Shown: positions 20,553-30,380, numbered from the whole stretch's first letter. The stretch: DNA of 63,062 bases, filler included, from Candidatus Fermentibacterota bacterium (GCA_016928395.1; 5 parts of 5 records of this genome joined end to end with filler, not necessarily neighbours in it); one strand, 5' to 3'. The notes: generated by a model from the sequence alone, not told the origin. Translations and numbers: made by a program.

Positions 20553-21125
20553 TCGACGACGACAACGATACCGATAGCGATACCGACAACGAGGCGGGCG
20601 ACCAGAGACGGTCGCCCCTACGACGGCAACGGTAACGACGGCGACAACGACAACGATACCGATAGCGATACCGACCCCACCCCGGCGGGCGACCAGAGAC
20701 GGTCGCCCCTACGAGGGCAACGGTAACGACGGCGACGACTACTACGATACCGATAGCGATAGCGATAGCGACCCCGCCCCGGTGGGCGACCAGAGACGGT
20801 CGCCCCTACGAGGGCAACGGTAACGACGGCGACGACGACTACGATACCGATAGCGATAGCGACCCCGCCCCGGCGGGCGACCAGAGACGGTCGCCCCTAC
20901 GAGGACAACGGTAACGACGGCGACGACGACTACGATACCGATAGCGATAGCGATAGCGATACCGACCCGGTGGGCGGAGTCGGAGCCCCGCCCCTGCAAG
21001 GCAAGGGCAACGACGGCGACGACTACGATACCGATAGCGATAGCGATAGCGATACCGACCCCCGCCCCGGCGGGCGACCAGAGACGGTCGCCCCTACGAC
21101 GGCTGACAGCCGATAGCCAACTGCC
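20553..21125 (-). repeat. Tandem array of six GTAG-type REP hairpins separated by hexamer/trimer repeat spacers
   Basis: The 26-bp unit GTAG-GGGCGACC-GTCTCT-GGTCGCCC (minus strand) starts at + coordinates 20596, 20687, 20784, 20875 and 21072, with a variant at 20972. Periods are 91, 97, 91, 97 and 100 bp. Confidence 0.92.
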
Positions 21126-21175
21126 GGCCGTCCTCTCCACCTCGATAACCGTGGGTGCAGTTTCATCCAGAGGCC

Positions 21176-21631
21176 TCACTGGTGAGGGGAATCACTCTCG
21201 ACCCCCGTCAGGCCGCCTGTGGAAAGGTGTGTCGGCCCCGCATCATGGGCAGGTGAGCGCGTCCCGAAGACCGGTATGCGCCAGATGTGGATGGTGACAG
21301 CCAGCGCAATGCAAAGAAGCACCAGTCGCACTGGGAAGGAGGAGAGGACGAACAATCCCGTCGAGCCGATTGTCAGCCAGAGAAGGAGGATTGAAAGCAC
21401 CTTGTGTCGGCGTGAGATACCCCTGCCGTCGCGGTAGTTCCTGATATAGTGGCCGCACCAGCGATTCGTCACGAGCCAACGGTAGAACCGCCTGGAGCTG
21501 CGCGCGTAGCACACCGCGGCCAAGAGCAGAAAGGGCGTGGTGGGCAGGAGGGGGAGGAACATGCCAAGCACACCCAGCGCCACGCATGCCGTGCCTCCGA
21601 TGAACAGCAGGGTTCGTGTCAGACTGTTCAT
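21176..21631 (-). CDS. ybaN: YbaN (DUF454) family membrane protein
   Basis: LGVLGMFLPLLPTTPFLLLAAVCYARSSRRFYRWL. Confidence 0.9.
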   Translation of the reverse strand: MNSLTRTLLFIGGTACVALGVLGMFLPLLPTTPFLLLAAVCYARSSRRFYRWLVTNRWCGHYIRNYRDGRGISRRHKVLSILLLWLTIGSTGLFVLSSFPVRLVLLCIALAVTIHIWRIPVFGTRSPAHDAGPTHLSTGGLTGVESDSPHQ

Positions 21632-21884
21632 CTCGTCATGGCGTCGTGTTTCACGGCGCGTTGCCCCGACTGGCGGCACGGATCCCCCTGCGGCAGCGGG
21701 GAAATGAACCGAGAAGTGAAGGAGATGAGGAATGAACGCAACAACGGAGACAGGGATGAATGGACGCGAGGCTGTGCGCTTGAACTCCGGAATTCTGACA
21801 CCCGTATGCCGGCATTCGAGTGCGTGGGGTGTACTGAACGCACACGAACAGCTCAGGCCTCAGACCGAGAAGTCTCAATGCGGC

Positions 21885-21924
21885 GTGCGCCGCCACAGGG
21901 CCTGCCGGACTCGTGGCGGCGCAC
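21885..21924 (-). terminator. Hairpin downstream of the FKBP gene
   Basis: GTGCGCCGCCAC...GTGGCGGCGCAC 12-bp inverted repeat 10 nt after the stop. Confidence 0.4.
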
Positions 21925-21933
21925 CAGCTGAGA

Positions 21934-22635
21934 TCAGCCCTCGATAGAGAGCAATTCAACCTCGAAGACAAGCGTGGCATTTGGCCCGATCTGCGATCCG
22001 GCGCCCCGCTCGCCATAGGCCAGATGCGGCGGAATGAACAGCCGGTAGGTGCTGCCTACGGGCATGAGCTGCAGCGCCTCTACCCATCCGGGTATGACGC
22101 CACCGACTCGAAACGTCGCGGGTTCCCCTCGACTATGGGAGCTATCGAATTCGGTGCCGTCAATGAGGGTGCCGCGATAATGGACCTTCACCGTGCTCTT
22201 GTCCGTGGGCCTCGGCCCCGCACCCTCCGTCACGACGAGATACTGCAGACCACTGGCCGTCGTAATCACGCCCTCGGCGCCCTTGTTCGCTTCCAGGAAG
22301 GCCGTTCCTTCCTCCAGGTTGTGCGCGGCCATCTCCCGAGCCTTGCCTTCCTGCCTTTCGCGGAACGTGTTTGCGAACTCCTCCCGGACTTCCGTGGCTT
22401 GTTCTGGGCTCATCAATAAGGCCTGCCCTTCCATTGTGTCGCGGATGGCCTGTGCCAAGACGGCTACATCCACCTCAATCTCCAGGTTCTTCAGATTGCT
22501 GCCGATATCCAGCCCCAGGGCATAGCTAAAGCGTTCGGCGTCGGTAGTGAGGACACTCTTTTGGGGCACCTCTTTGCTGCAGGCAACACCGAGAACCAGT
22601 ATGGCAAGAATGAGAAGCGTACATCGTGGTTGCAC
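21934..22635 (-). CDS. FKBP-type peptidyl-prolyl isomerase (FkpA/Mip-like), lipoprotein
   Basis: FSYALG, TASGLQY, VHYRGTLIDGTEFDSS, VIPGWVEAL and IPPHLAYG; GTG start with GAGG RBS; LGVAC lipobox. Confidence 0.93.
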   Translation of the reverse strand: MQPRCTLLILAILVLGVACSKEVPQKSVLTTDAERFSYALGLDIGSNLKNLEIEVDVAVLAQAIRDTMEGQALLMSPEQATEVREEFANTFRERQEGKAREMAAHNLEEGTAFLEANKGAEGVITTASGLQYLVVTEGAGPRPTDKSTVKVHYRGTLIDGTEFDSSHSRGEPATFRVGGVIPGWVEALQLMPVGSTYRLFIPPHLAYGERGAGSQIGPNATLVFEVELLSIEG

Positions 22636-22705
22636 AATGTTCCTCGCTTTCCAAAAACACACAGCCACCCGCGAACACGGCGTCTCCGCGCCCGACGGTG
22701 GCCCT

Positions 22706-24037
22706 CTATGTCAGACGCCACTCGATCGCCAGATGCTTGCCCAGGGCCGACTCCAGAAGCTGGCCCTTATCCAGGGCCGCCTGGCGCTCCATCTCGGCAG
22801 GCCAGCGAACAAGGCAGGTAATGGCAATCCTCTTTGGCGTGATCTGGCAGGTAAAATCGTCCACGAGGCTGCGGTGGGTACGGTCGAGACCGTCGGCCAC
22901 ACGGAGAATCCCGGCCATCACAGCGACTCGCCTTCGGTCTTCCTCGGCCAGTACCATGTACTGCCCGTGGGTCGGCTTGGGAAGCGCCTTGCGATGATAC
23001 CGCGCCGTCATGCCGATGAGGAGTCGGTCCCGCTCGTCAAACGGCAGCACCGTCGAACTGAGAATGATCCTCAGCGCGGTCTTATGATGCGCCTGTTGGC
23101 CCTCGATCCATCCGATATCATGCAGGAGCGCGGCGCAGTGGAGAAGGAATCGCTCCTCTGTCCCCAGCATGTGCAGTCCGGCCAGATCGTCAAACAGTTT
23201 GAGGGATAGCCTCGCGACTTGGTGGGTGTGCTCGGCCTCATACTCGCACGAGCGAGCCAGCTCCAGCACTGCCTCGATTCGAGAATCCGCGTTCCTCTCT
23301 GGCACAACAGCCGCCGCCTCGGGAGGAGCCGTCTCCGGCATCACACCTTGTCGCAGAGCCTCAGCTCCGTAGGCGGGGAGCCCACAGGCTTTCATGGCCA
23401 CCGCAGTGGATTCGACGGGGTAGTCAACCCGCCTGAAGCTGGTGCGCACGACGCGCTCGGTGATGGTCATCACTGCGTAGGAGGCCCGGGGATCGCCGTC
23501 ATGAGACTGGCCCACACTGCCTGGATTCATGAAGACCACGCCGCGGATGCGCCGAGTCCCGGCCGTCGGCTCGTGCCCGTAGACGACCACTTGTGCGTGG
23601 GACTCGTCAGCGAGGATGCGGAGATGATCCAGAGTTGCCTGATGGGGAAGCCGTGCCGACGGCGATCCATGGACCAGCAGAACCCGGACACCGGCCACGG
23701 TGAGTTCAAGATGACGCGGAACCGACCGAAGAAACCGATGGTGTCCCTCACTCAGATGCGCCTGGGCATACCTCAACGGGACAAACTCATGCTGCATGGT
23801 CCGATGGACCGTATCCTCCATCTGGTGGAGCTTGAGCAGCAGCAGTTCATCGCGGCCCAAGACAGAAAGCGCCCCCAGCTCCTGCAGCCGGTCTATGACC
23901 GCACCGGGAAACGGCCCAAAACCCGTGAAGTTGCCCACATTCCAGATGGCGTCGACCCTGTGCTGCCGTGCATCGGCCACCACCGTGTCGAGAGCGGGAA
24001 GATTCGCCCTGATGCCACCCAGCACCGCCACCCTCAT
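22706..24037 (-). CDS. Fusion of a degenerate calcineurin-like metallophosphoesterase and a Ppx/GppA-type HD domain
   Basis: N-terminal YfcE-like fold (ANLPAL, LVHGSP, NPGSVG, DGDPRASY); C-terminal HTHQV...LLHDIG...HHK...RYHR...ADGLDR. Confidence 0.8.
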   Translation of the reverse strand: MRVAVLGGIRANLPALDTVVADARQHRVDAIWNVGNFTGFGPFPGAVIDRLQELGALSVLGRDELLLLKLHQMEDTVHRTMQHEFVPLRYAQAHLSEGHHRFLRSVPRHLELTVAGVRVLLVHGSPSARLPHQATLDHLRILADESHAQVVVYGHEPTAGTRRIRGVVFMNPGSVGQSHDGDPRASYAVMTITERVVRTSFRRVDYPVESTAVAMKACGLPAYGAEALRQGVMPETAPPEAAAVVPERNADSRIEAVLELARSCEYEAEHTHQVARLSLKLFDDLAGLHMLGTEERFLLHCAALLHDIGWIEGQQAHHKTALRIILSSTVLPFDERDRLLIGMTARYHRKALPKPTHGQYMVLAEEDRRRVAVMAGILRVADGLDRTHRSLVDDFTCQITPKRIAITCLVRWPAEMERQAALDKGQLLESALGKHLAIEWRLT

Positions 24038-24041
24038 GGCA

Positions 24042-26234
24042 CTACCTCTCTTCGTGCCAAGACCCCCGGTGGGCGATCATCCACGCCTGGGAGTCAAGAG
24101 GCGCCTCGCCTGAGCCGGGTTGGCGCCGTTCGTATGAGCCGTTGGGCAGGAGGATCCGGGCCTGGCCCGTGTCCCGAAGATGAACCTGGAGGATCTCTCG
24201 CAGGTGCTCCCTCGAGAGGGAGTCCTTCACGGGAAACAATACCTCCACCCGCCTGTAGAGATTGCGCGGCATGAGATCGGCGCTGCCAATGAGCAGCTCC
24301 TCGTCACCGCCGTTGTGAAAGTAGTACATTCGTGCATGCTCCAGAAAGCGCCCCACCACCGAGGTTACCCTGATGCTCTCGCTCAGGCCCGGGATGCCCG
24401 GCCGCAGGCAGCAGACCCCCCGTACCTGCAGATCGATGGAAACACCGGCGGCAGAGGCCATGTACAGCGCCTGGATGCAGGCCTTGTCCACAAGTGCGTT
24501 CAACTTGAACGCGAGGCGGCCGTCTCCCTCGCTCAAGTGGCGCTGGCGTTCCCGCTCGATCCGGTTGACGATCTCATCCCGCATGCGTCCTGGCGCCACG
24601 ATGAGCGTGCGGTACGCGTCGTTGCGGGAATAGCCGGTCAGGGCATTGAACAGATCCGAGGCATCGGCGCCCACCGCGGGGTCGCAGGTGAAGTACCCCA
24701 GGTCGGCATACACCCGGGCGGTGCTTTCATTGTAGTTGCCCGTGCCCAAATGTACGTACCGCACAATACCGTCGCGCTCCCGCCGCACCACGAGCAGAAG
24801 CTTGGCGTGGGTCTTCAGCCCCACGAAACCGTAGACGACGTGGATCCCTGCCTGATCGAGCGCCCGGGCCCACTCGATATTGTTCTCCTCGTCAAAGCGA
24901 GCTTTCAGCTCCACCAGAACCGCGACCTGTTTTCCCCGCTCCCGCGCCTCCATGAGCTCAGCTACCACGGGCGAGTTGGCGCCCACGCGGTACAGCACCT
25001 GCTTGATGGCGATCACCGCCGGATCCCGGGCCGCCTGGTGGAGAAACTCCACCACGGGGGCGAAGCTGTCATACGGGTGATACAAGACTCTGGGGCGGCG
25101 GCGAATGGCGGCGAAGATGTCTTCGGTCTTGAGTATGGGAGGCGCCGAGGGTACGAACGGGGCGTCCTTCAGGTCGGGCCGGTCCATGGCGGTGAACTGC
25201 ATCAGATCGGACGCGCCTATAAGCCCTGTGACTGAGTAGACTTGATAGGGAGCCAGCTCAAGATTCGAGGTCAGGATATCGCGGATACGATCGGGGGTGT
25301 CGCTGGCGATCTCCAGCCGCACCGGAGATCCGAAGTGGCGCATTCCCACGCCGTGCTCCACCGCCGCCAGAAGGTCGGCTGCCTCATCTTCCTCTAGATC
25401 CTGATCCGCGTCGCGGGTAACCCGGAAGGGGTATGCCGCCAGCACCTCCAGCCCAGGGAACAGCATGTCGAGATTGGCGGCCACTACCTGCTCGATCCAC
25501 ACAAAGCGGTTGGAGGCAGCCTTGGCCAACCCGAGGCTGCCGTAATCAGTCGAGGCCTCCTCGCTGGGGATCCGCAGCAACCGCGGGAATGTACCCGGAA
25601 CCTTGATCCTGGCGAACCGCTCCCCCTTCTTCGGATCTCGCGCGACCACGGCAAGGTTCATGCTGAGGTTGGAGATATGGGGGAAGGGGTGGCCGGGATC
25701 GAAGGCCAGTGGCGTGAGCGCGGGAAACAGCTCCCGCTCGAAATACTCGCGCAGCACCCGCCGCTGATTGCGCTTGAGATCGGCATAGTCCTGCACCTTG
25801 ATTCCCGCGTCTTTGAGCTGCGGGATGAGCACCGTACGCCAGTACTCCGACACGGTCTCGAGTTCAGGGAGGACATCCCGTCGGATGGCGGCCAGTTGCT
25901 GATCAGGGGTCATGCCGTCGGCAGACCGTTCCTGGGCGCCCATGGCCAACTGCCATCGGAGGCCTGCAACCCGAATCATGAAGAACTCGTCAAGGTTGTT
26001 GGCGAAGATGGCCAGGAACTTCACCCGCTCCAGCAGCGGATGGCGGTTGTCCAGTGCCTCCTCCAGCACCCGGTGATTGAACTGCAGCCAGCTCAACTCC
26101 CGGTTTATGTAGAGATTGGGGTCATCCAGGTCCACGGGGAGAGTCACGGCCTGCCGAATCGTGGCGGAAGAGCCCTCTGAAGAAGCGTGATCGTCGGCCT
26201 TCCGGGAGCGGGAATGGCCCTTAGACCTCGCCAT
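24042..26234 (-). CDS. ppk1: Polyphosphate kinase 1
   Basis: YINRELSWLQFNHRVL, NLDEFFMIRVAGL, HPFPHISN, YHPYDSF, ELKARFDEENNI, KTHAK, RFLEHAR and SADLMPRNL. Confidence 0.98.
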   Translation of the reverse strand: MARSKGHSRSRKADDHASSEGSSATIRQAVTLPVDLDDPNLYINRELSWLQFNHRVLEEALDNRHPLLERVKFLAIFANNLDEFFMIRVAGLRWQLAMGAQERSADGMTPDQQLAAIRRDVLPELETVSEYWRTVLIPQLKDAGIKVQDYADLKRNQRRVLREYFERELFPALTPLAFDPGHPFPHISNLSMNLAVVARDPKKGERFARIKVPGTFPRLLRIPSEEASTDYGSLGLAKAASNRFVWIEQVVAANLDMLFPGLEVLAAYPFRVTRDADQDLEEDEAADLLAAVEHGVGMRHFGSPVRLEIASDTPDRIRDILTSNLELAPYQVYSVTGLIGASDLMQFTAMDRPDLKDAPFVPSAPPILKTEDIFAAIRRRPRVLYHPYDSFAPVVEFLHQAARDPAVIAIKQVLYRVGANSPVVAELMEARERGKQVAVLVELKARFDEENNIEWARALDQAGIHVVYGFVGLKTHAKLLLVVRRERDGIVRYVHLGTGNYNESTARVYADLGYFTCDPAVGADASDLFNALTGYSRNDAYRTLIVAPGRMRDEIVNRIERERQRHLSEGDGRLAFKLNALVDKACIQALYMASAAGVSIDLQVRGVCCLRPGIPGLSESIRVTSVVGRFLEHARMYYFHNGGDEELLIGSADLMPRNLYRRVEVLFPVKDSLSREHLREILQVHLRDTGQARILLPNGSYERRQPGSGEAPLDSQAWMIAHRGSWHEER

Positions 26235-28122
26235 GGGACTCGTCCTGCTCTAGCGTGGCCAATGCGGCGGTGATACGGCCGAAGAACTCCGGTCTTTGGA
26301 ACTCGGCCCACCACTCGGGAAAGGTCTGAAGCAAACCGGCCAGTTCGCGCTGCCGGGTGGCCAGGTACGAAGCAACCCCTGGCGCCAGCACCGGTTCCGG
26401 GGGAACCGCCGCCCCCTCTACATGACCCCATGTGCCCCAGGTCAGGTAGTCGCGGAGAAGTCCGCTGGCCACCACCGAATCCTGGATGTCGCCGAGGTGA
26501 TCCTGGAGAAGGCGCAACTGGCCTATCACGTGGGCGGCCTCAGGACCCAGCACGGCCCGGAAAAACTCCATGGTGTACCGGAGGCGCTTCACCGCGATAC
26601 GAAGCCTGTGAAGGCGGGGCAGGGAGGGATCAAGACCACTGACCCACTCGTCGAAGGCGCCAAGGGCCGCAACGCGGCTGTACACGACGGCGAAAAGAGC
26701 ATGGCGGACACGGCGGGGGCGGGGCGAACCGTCACCACGAAAAGGAGGCCGTTCAATGGCCCCGGGCTGCTGAAGGAACGCCTCAAAAGCCGCGACAAGC
26801 CGGCCATATCGCGGCCCGTCCAAGTATTCGAGCAGCCTGCTGCGGGCCGCGGCATGGGCCTGAGCCCACACCGCTCGCAGCGACGCCAGCTCTTCGTGTT
26901 GGAGAGGAGGTAGAGATTCAAGGTAGCGGGCTGTCTTCTCCCAGAAGACATCAAGATCCCGTACGGCGCCCAAGGCCCGCCCAAGGCGGCGAAGCCCCTT
27001 GCCCAGAGGTCGAACCTGGGCGGGATCCAGAGCATCCTCGAACACCATCATCGCGGCCCGCAGCCTCCTGGTGGCCACCCGCATATCGTGCAGGTGTTCC
27101 GGGTCGTCCCCCGACCGGGCGCCTGCCTCATTGGCTTTCATTCGTTCAAAGTGGCGGGTCATGATGAGATGCGCAGCCTCGGCCATGGTCGATGAGACGC
27201 TGAAGCCAGCTTCCGCTGACGCGGCCGGTTGGCGCTCTTCCCCAGAGGGACAGCGCCGTGGTCCCTCCGGGGCCGCCCCTGCCAGTATCTTGCGGGGAAA
27301 CACGCCCATGCCCCGTGTGCGGAAGGCGGCAGACCAATGCCGCACGCGGCGTTCGGACATCCCCGCCACGCGGCCCGCCTCGGTCTGGGTGGCGCCCCCA
27401 TCCAGCGCCAGCAGGACCGCGGCGCGTCGGCCGTGCAGATCCATCCTCGCGGCCAGAGATCGGCACTGGGTACGCTCGGCATCGGTCAGGAGCCCCTCGA
27501 CTTGTGCCATGGCCCGTTCCGGCTTTGACCTGGTCTCCGGCGTCAGCCCCCACTCCCCGCAGAGGGCCTGCGCCATCCTCGCGATATCATCCTCCGATCC
27601 CTGCGGGCCCAGTTCTACCTCCGCCTCAAGGTAGTGATCGGTATGCCTCCCTCTTCGTGCGGTGACGTCATCGAGGCTCAGAGTCCCCACAGTGCGCCCA
27701 CCGACACTGATCTGCCGCGTGATCCGGCGTTGGCCGATAGAGACCAAGGCCTGCAACGGCCGGTCGCCCACAATGTTCATGGCCATGTCCCGGGCCGCGC
27801 CTTCGGGCCAGTCACGGGGTGGACCGTGTGCCTGCACGGAGATCTCCTCACGACGGTAAATCCCATCAGCCGCCGGGGCACAGCGCTTCAGGGTCATGGT
27901 CACCTCTCCCAAGGCTGTGCGGCGACGCAAGACAAACCCCGCCTCGTGGACGGCACGGGTCTGGGTGTCGAAGTAGACATCCTGAATCTCCACGGTAGTC
28001 GCTGCACCGAGCCGGAAACTGCCCAGTGAAGAAACGGTAGAGAGCCCGCTCAGCGTCTGTTCATCCGGCATGGCGAACTTCGCTTCGATCTCAGTTTGGA
28101 TGTCGCTGTGATCTGGTTTCAC
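26221..28122 (-). CDS. CYTH-HTH-CHAD domain protein
   Basis: EIEAKF and YFDT...LRRR...EVEL (CYTH); central HTH-like segment; EHLHDMRVATRRLR, LGAVRDLDV, LHRLRIAVKRLRY and LQDHLGDIQD (CHAD). Start uncertain (GTG 28122). Confidence 0.85.
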   Translation of the reverse strand: MKPDHSDIQTEIEAKFAMPDEQTLSGLSTVSSLGSFRLGAATTVEIQDVYFDTQTRAVHEAGFVLRRRTALGEVTMTLKRCAPAADGIYRREEISVQAHGPPRDWPEGAARDMAMNIVGDRPLQALVSIGQRRITRQISVGGRTVGTLSLDDVTARRGRHTDHYLEAEVELGPQGSEDDIARMAQALCGEWGLTPETRSKPERAMAQVEGLLTDAERTQCRSLAARMDLHGRRAAVLLALDGGATQTEAGRVAGMSERRVRHWSAAFRTRGMGVFPRKILAGAAPEGPRRCPSGEERQPAASAEAGFSVSSTMAEAAHLIMTRHFERMKANEAGARSGDDPEHLHDMRVATRRLRAAMMVFEDALDPAQVRPLGKGLRRLGRALGAVRDLDVFWEKTARYLESLPPLQHEELASLRAVWAQAHAAARSRLLEYLDGPRYGRLVAAFEAFLQQPGAIERPPFRGDGSPRPRRVRHALFAVVYSRVAALGAFDEWVSGLDPSLPRLHRLRIAVKRLRYTMEFFRAVLGPEAAHVIGQLRLLQDHLGDIQDSVVASGLLRDYLTWGTWGHVEGAAVPPEPVLAPGVASYLATRQRELAGLLQTFPEWWAEFQRPEFFGRITAALATLEQDESHGEV

Positions 28123-28407
28123 GCCGCACCACCAATGAGCTGCACGCGTCTCGCGCCGGAAGCCCCATCGGGCTCCGTGGGCCCGACGCGATGGCATGCA
28201 CGCCCGAACGCAGCTTCGTTCTGGAAAGAGGGAAAACAGTATAAGATCTCAGCTCGTGGGTTATTCTGCAACTGGCGCGATCCTCACGTGTTCCGGCCCC
28301 TGACTCAGAAGCCTTTCGCGGCGCCAGGACAACTGAGGACCACGAGGCGATTCTCTCTCGATGCGCCACGACCCACCGCAGGAGGCCGAATTCGGTGGGG
28401 CCTCCTG

Positions 28408-29775
28408 TCAGAGGGACGTTCGAACGAGATCTTCGCGGGAATGGTTGAATCCCGGTAACGAAGATTCGCCGATCGTATCGGCTCGAGCCTCGGCACAGAG
28501 GAGACGCCCGGGCCCCCCTACGGTGACAACAGGGCCATCCCTCACATGAGCCAAAGCGCTCTGCGCCAGGAGGGTGCGGAACTGAAGCTCATCCATCCGA
28601 TCAGGATCCAAGGTCGGCCCACGGGGAGGCTGGAAGGTGAGCGGATTCACATGGTGACCGTGAACCTTGACCCTATAGTCGAGATGGGGGCCGGTGGCGA
28701 TGCCTGTGGCGCCCACAGAGCCGATGACCTGGCCCTGGTCAACCAAAGCGCCGGTCCTGACTCCAGACGCCATACCCCTCAGGTGCCCATAGGTGGTGAC
28801 AACGCCCCCTGGATGCTTGAGTTCGACATAGTTGCCGAACCCCCTTCGCCATCCGGCGAACGCGACGGTCCCCTGAGCCACGGCCACCACAGGCGTGCCC
28901 GCCGGCGCCGCATAGTCGACGCCAAGGTGAGGCCGGCGAACCCCGAAGACCGGATGGCGGCGGCTGAAGGAGAACCCGGAAGAGATGCGCCGGTAGTTGA
29001 GAGGCGAGCGAAGGAAGGCCGTACGCAGACTTCGACCGTCGGGGGCAAAATACTCCAGCTTCCCCTCCTGCTCCATGCCGATGGCCACCAACTCCCGATC
29101 ACGCTGGCGATATCTCGCGGCCAGCAATCTTGACCCCGCAGTAGTGTGTTCCTCGTACACGACCCCAAACTGGTCGCCGACGCGGCACTCGGTGAGGAAG
29201 TCGAACACCCAGGCGAAGGCGTCGGCAAACTGCAGCACCATGTCGGGGCCGAGGCCGCAGTCAATGAACGCCTCATAGAGGGAGTGCCGGATCATGCCTG
29301 ATGCCGCGCGCACCTCGACCCTGGACGCAGGCCACTCCACCCGCGTGCAAAACCCTTGGCCCTGCTCCTCGACAATCACCGTTCGGCCGTCGCGGCGGCG
29401 GTAGCGCAGCGCCGATGCTTCACCACCGCTGTCAACGGAGACTTCATAGGTTTCGCCCGGGTATACGCGGGCCAGATAGTCAACATCGCGGGACGCCTCG
29501 ATCATCCGCAGTGAGGCGCTGTGGGAAACGCCCCGGGAGACCATCCGGCGAAGCAAGGTGTCACCCGATGTGAGGGTGTCCGCCACGATACGGTGCGCGG
29601 TATGCTCGTCGATAAGCCAGGCTAGGTAGAGGGCCAGGTCACGATCCCGTAGGGGCCGGGGATCAGGCTTCGAGCCGCACCCCGCCAGGATCAGGGCGCC
29701 CGCAGACACGACGCACAGCATCTTCCTCAGAAGCCCGGGTCGACACGGCGTTGGAGAATGAGGGATCCTCGGCAT
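28408..29775 (-). CDS. M23 family peptidoglycan DD-endopeptidase (OapA/Csd-type), possible lipoprotein
   Basis: FLRSPL, RPHLGVDYAAP, YGHL and ATGPHLDY; LILAGC lipobox. Confidence 0.9.
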   Translation of the reverse strand: MPRIPHSPTPCRPGLLRKMLCVVSAGALILAGCGSKPDPRPLRDRDLALYLAWLIDEHTAHRIVADTLTSGDTLLRRMVSRGVSHSASLRMIEASRDVDYLARVYPGETYEVSVDSGGEASALRYRRRDGRTVIVEEQGQGFCTRVEWPASRVEVRAASGMIRHSLYEAFIDCGLGPDMVLQFADAFAWVFDFLTECRVGDQFGVVYEEHTTAGSRLLAARYRQRDRELVAIGMEQEGKLEYFAPDGRSLRTAFLRSPLNYRRISSGFSFSRRHPVFGVRRPHLGVDYAAPAGTPVVAVAQGTVAFAGWRRGFGNYVELKHPGGVVTTYGHLRGMASGVRTGALVDQGQVIGSVGATGIATGPHLDYRVKVHGHHVNPLTFQPPRGPTLDPDRMDELQFRTLLAQSALAHVRDGPVVTVGGPGRLLCAEARADTIGESSLPGFNHSREDLVRTSL

Positions 29776-30206
29776 CGAATATCCTTACTTGTCGGCACAT
29801 GTCGGCGGAGGGAGGATGGGCGAGACATGGCAGGAAACGCTGGCGTCGGTCTCCGGTCAAGCGCGACGTGACGAGACGCCGCCTCGCGTCGTTCGCAACT
29901 GACTGTTCACTACACGCCTCGCGCCATGAAGTCGGGAGACTGGGTTCGAGGTCCGGGGTTCGTCCCGCGTGCCGCCCGGCGCTGGTCGCGGCTGCGACGA
30001 CAGCGTGTCATCCTGCCGTACTCTCAACCCCAAAGACCCCCATGGTAGAACGCCTTCGGAGACCAGCCTGAACCCCGAACCCTGAGCCCGCACTCTTCCC
30101 CGTTCGGCGGCCTTGGCACACATAGTCCTTTTGCGACGGGACCTCCCAAGCCATATTGGGGGGTCCGGCCTATTCTCTTGTGTGTTGTGTGCCTGCCGCC
30201 CCCCGG

Positions 30207-30306
30207 NNNNNNNNNNNNNNNNNNNNNNNNNNNNNNNNNNNNNNNNNNNNTTAATTAATTAANNNNNNNNNNNNNNNNNNNNNNNNNNNNNNNNNNNNNN
30301 NNNNNN
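30207..30306. other. Artificial contig linker
   Basis: N-TTAATTAATTAA-N. Confidence 0.99.
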
Positions 30307-30360
30307 ACCTTCGAGAACTCCGCGACGCTGTTCGGGGTTACCCTCTCCCACGCCTTCTAA
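30307..30360 (+). CDS. C-terminal fragment, probably of an outer-membrane beta-barrel
   Basis: TFENSATLFGVTLSHAF* has alternating hydrophobic residues and a terminal Phe; a hairpin follows. Confidence 0.4.
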   Translation, partial: TFENSATLFGVTLSHAF

Positions 30361-30380
30361 GCGAATCATCCTGCGCTTCT

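Noticed and set aside
20553-21125. CRISPR array
   Set aside because: The spacers are near-identical, low-complexity and 65-74 bp long, and no cas genes are present. The unit has REP (GTAG + hairpin) structure.
20742-21179. 145-aa ORF with IAIAIAIGIVVV repeats
   Set aside because: It is the translation of the repeat array, with no independent coding evidence. It abuts the ybaN stop, so translation cannot be fully excluded.
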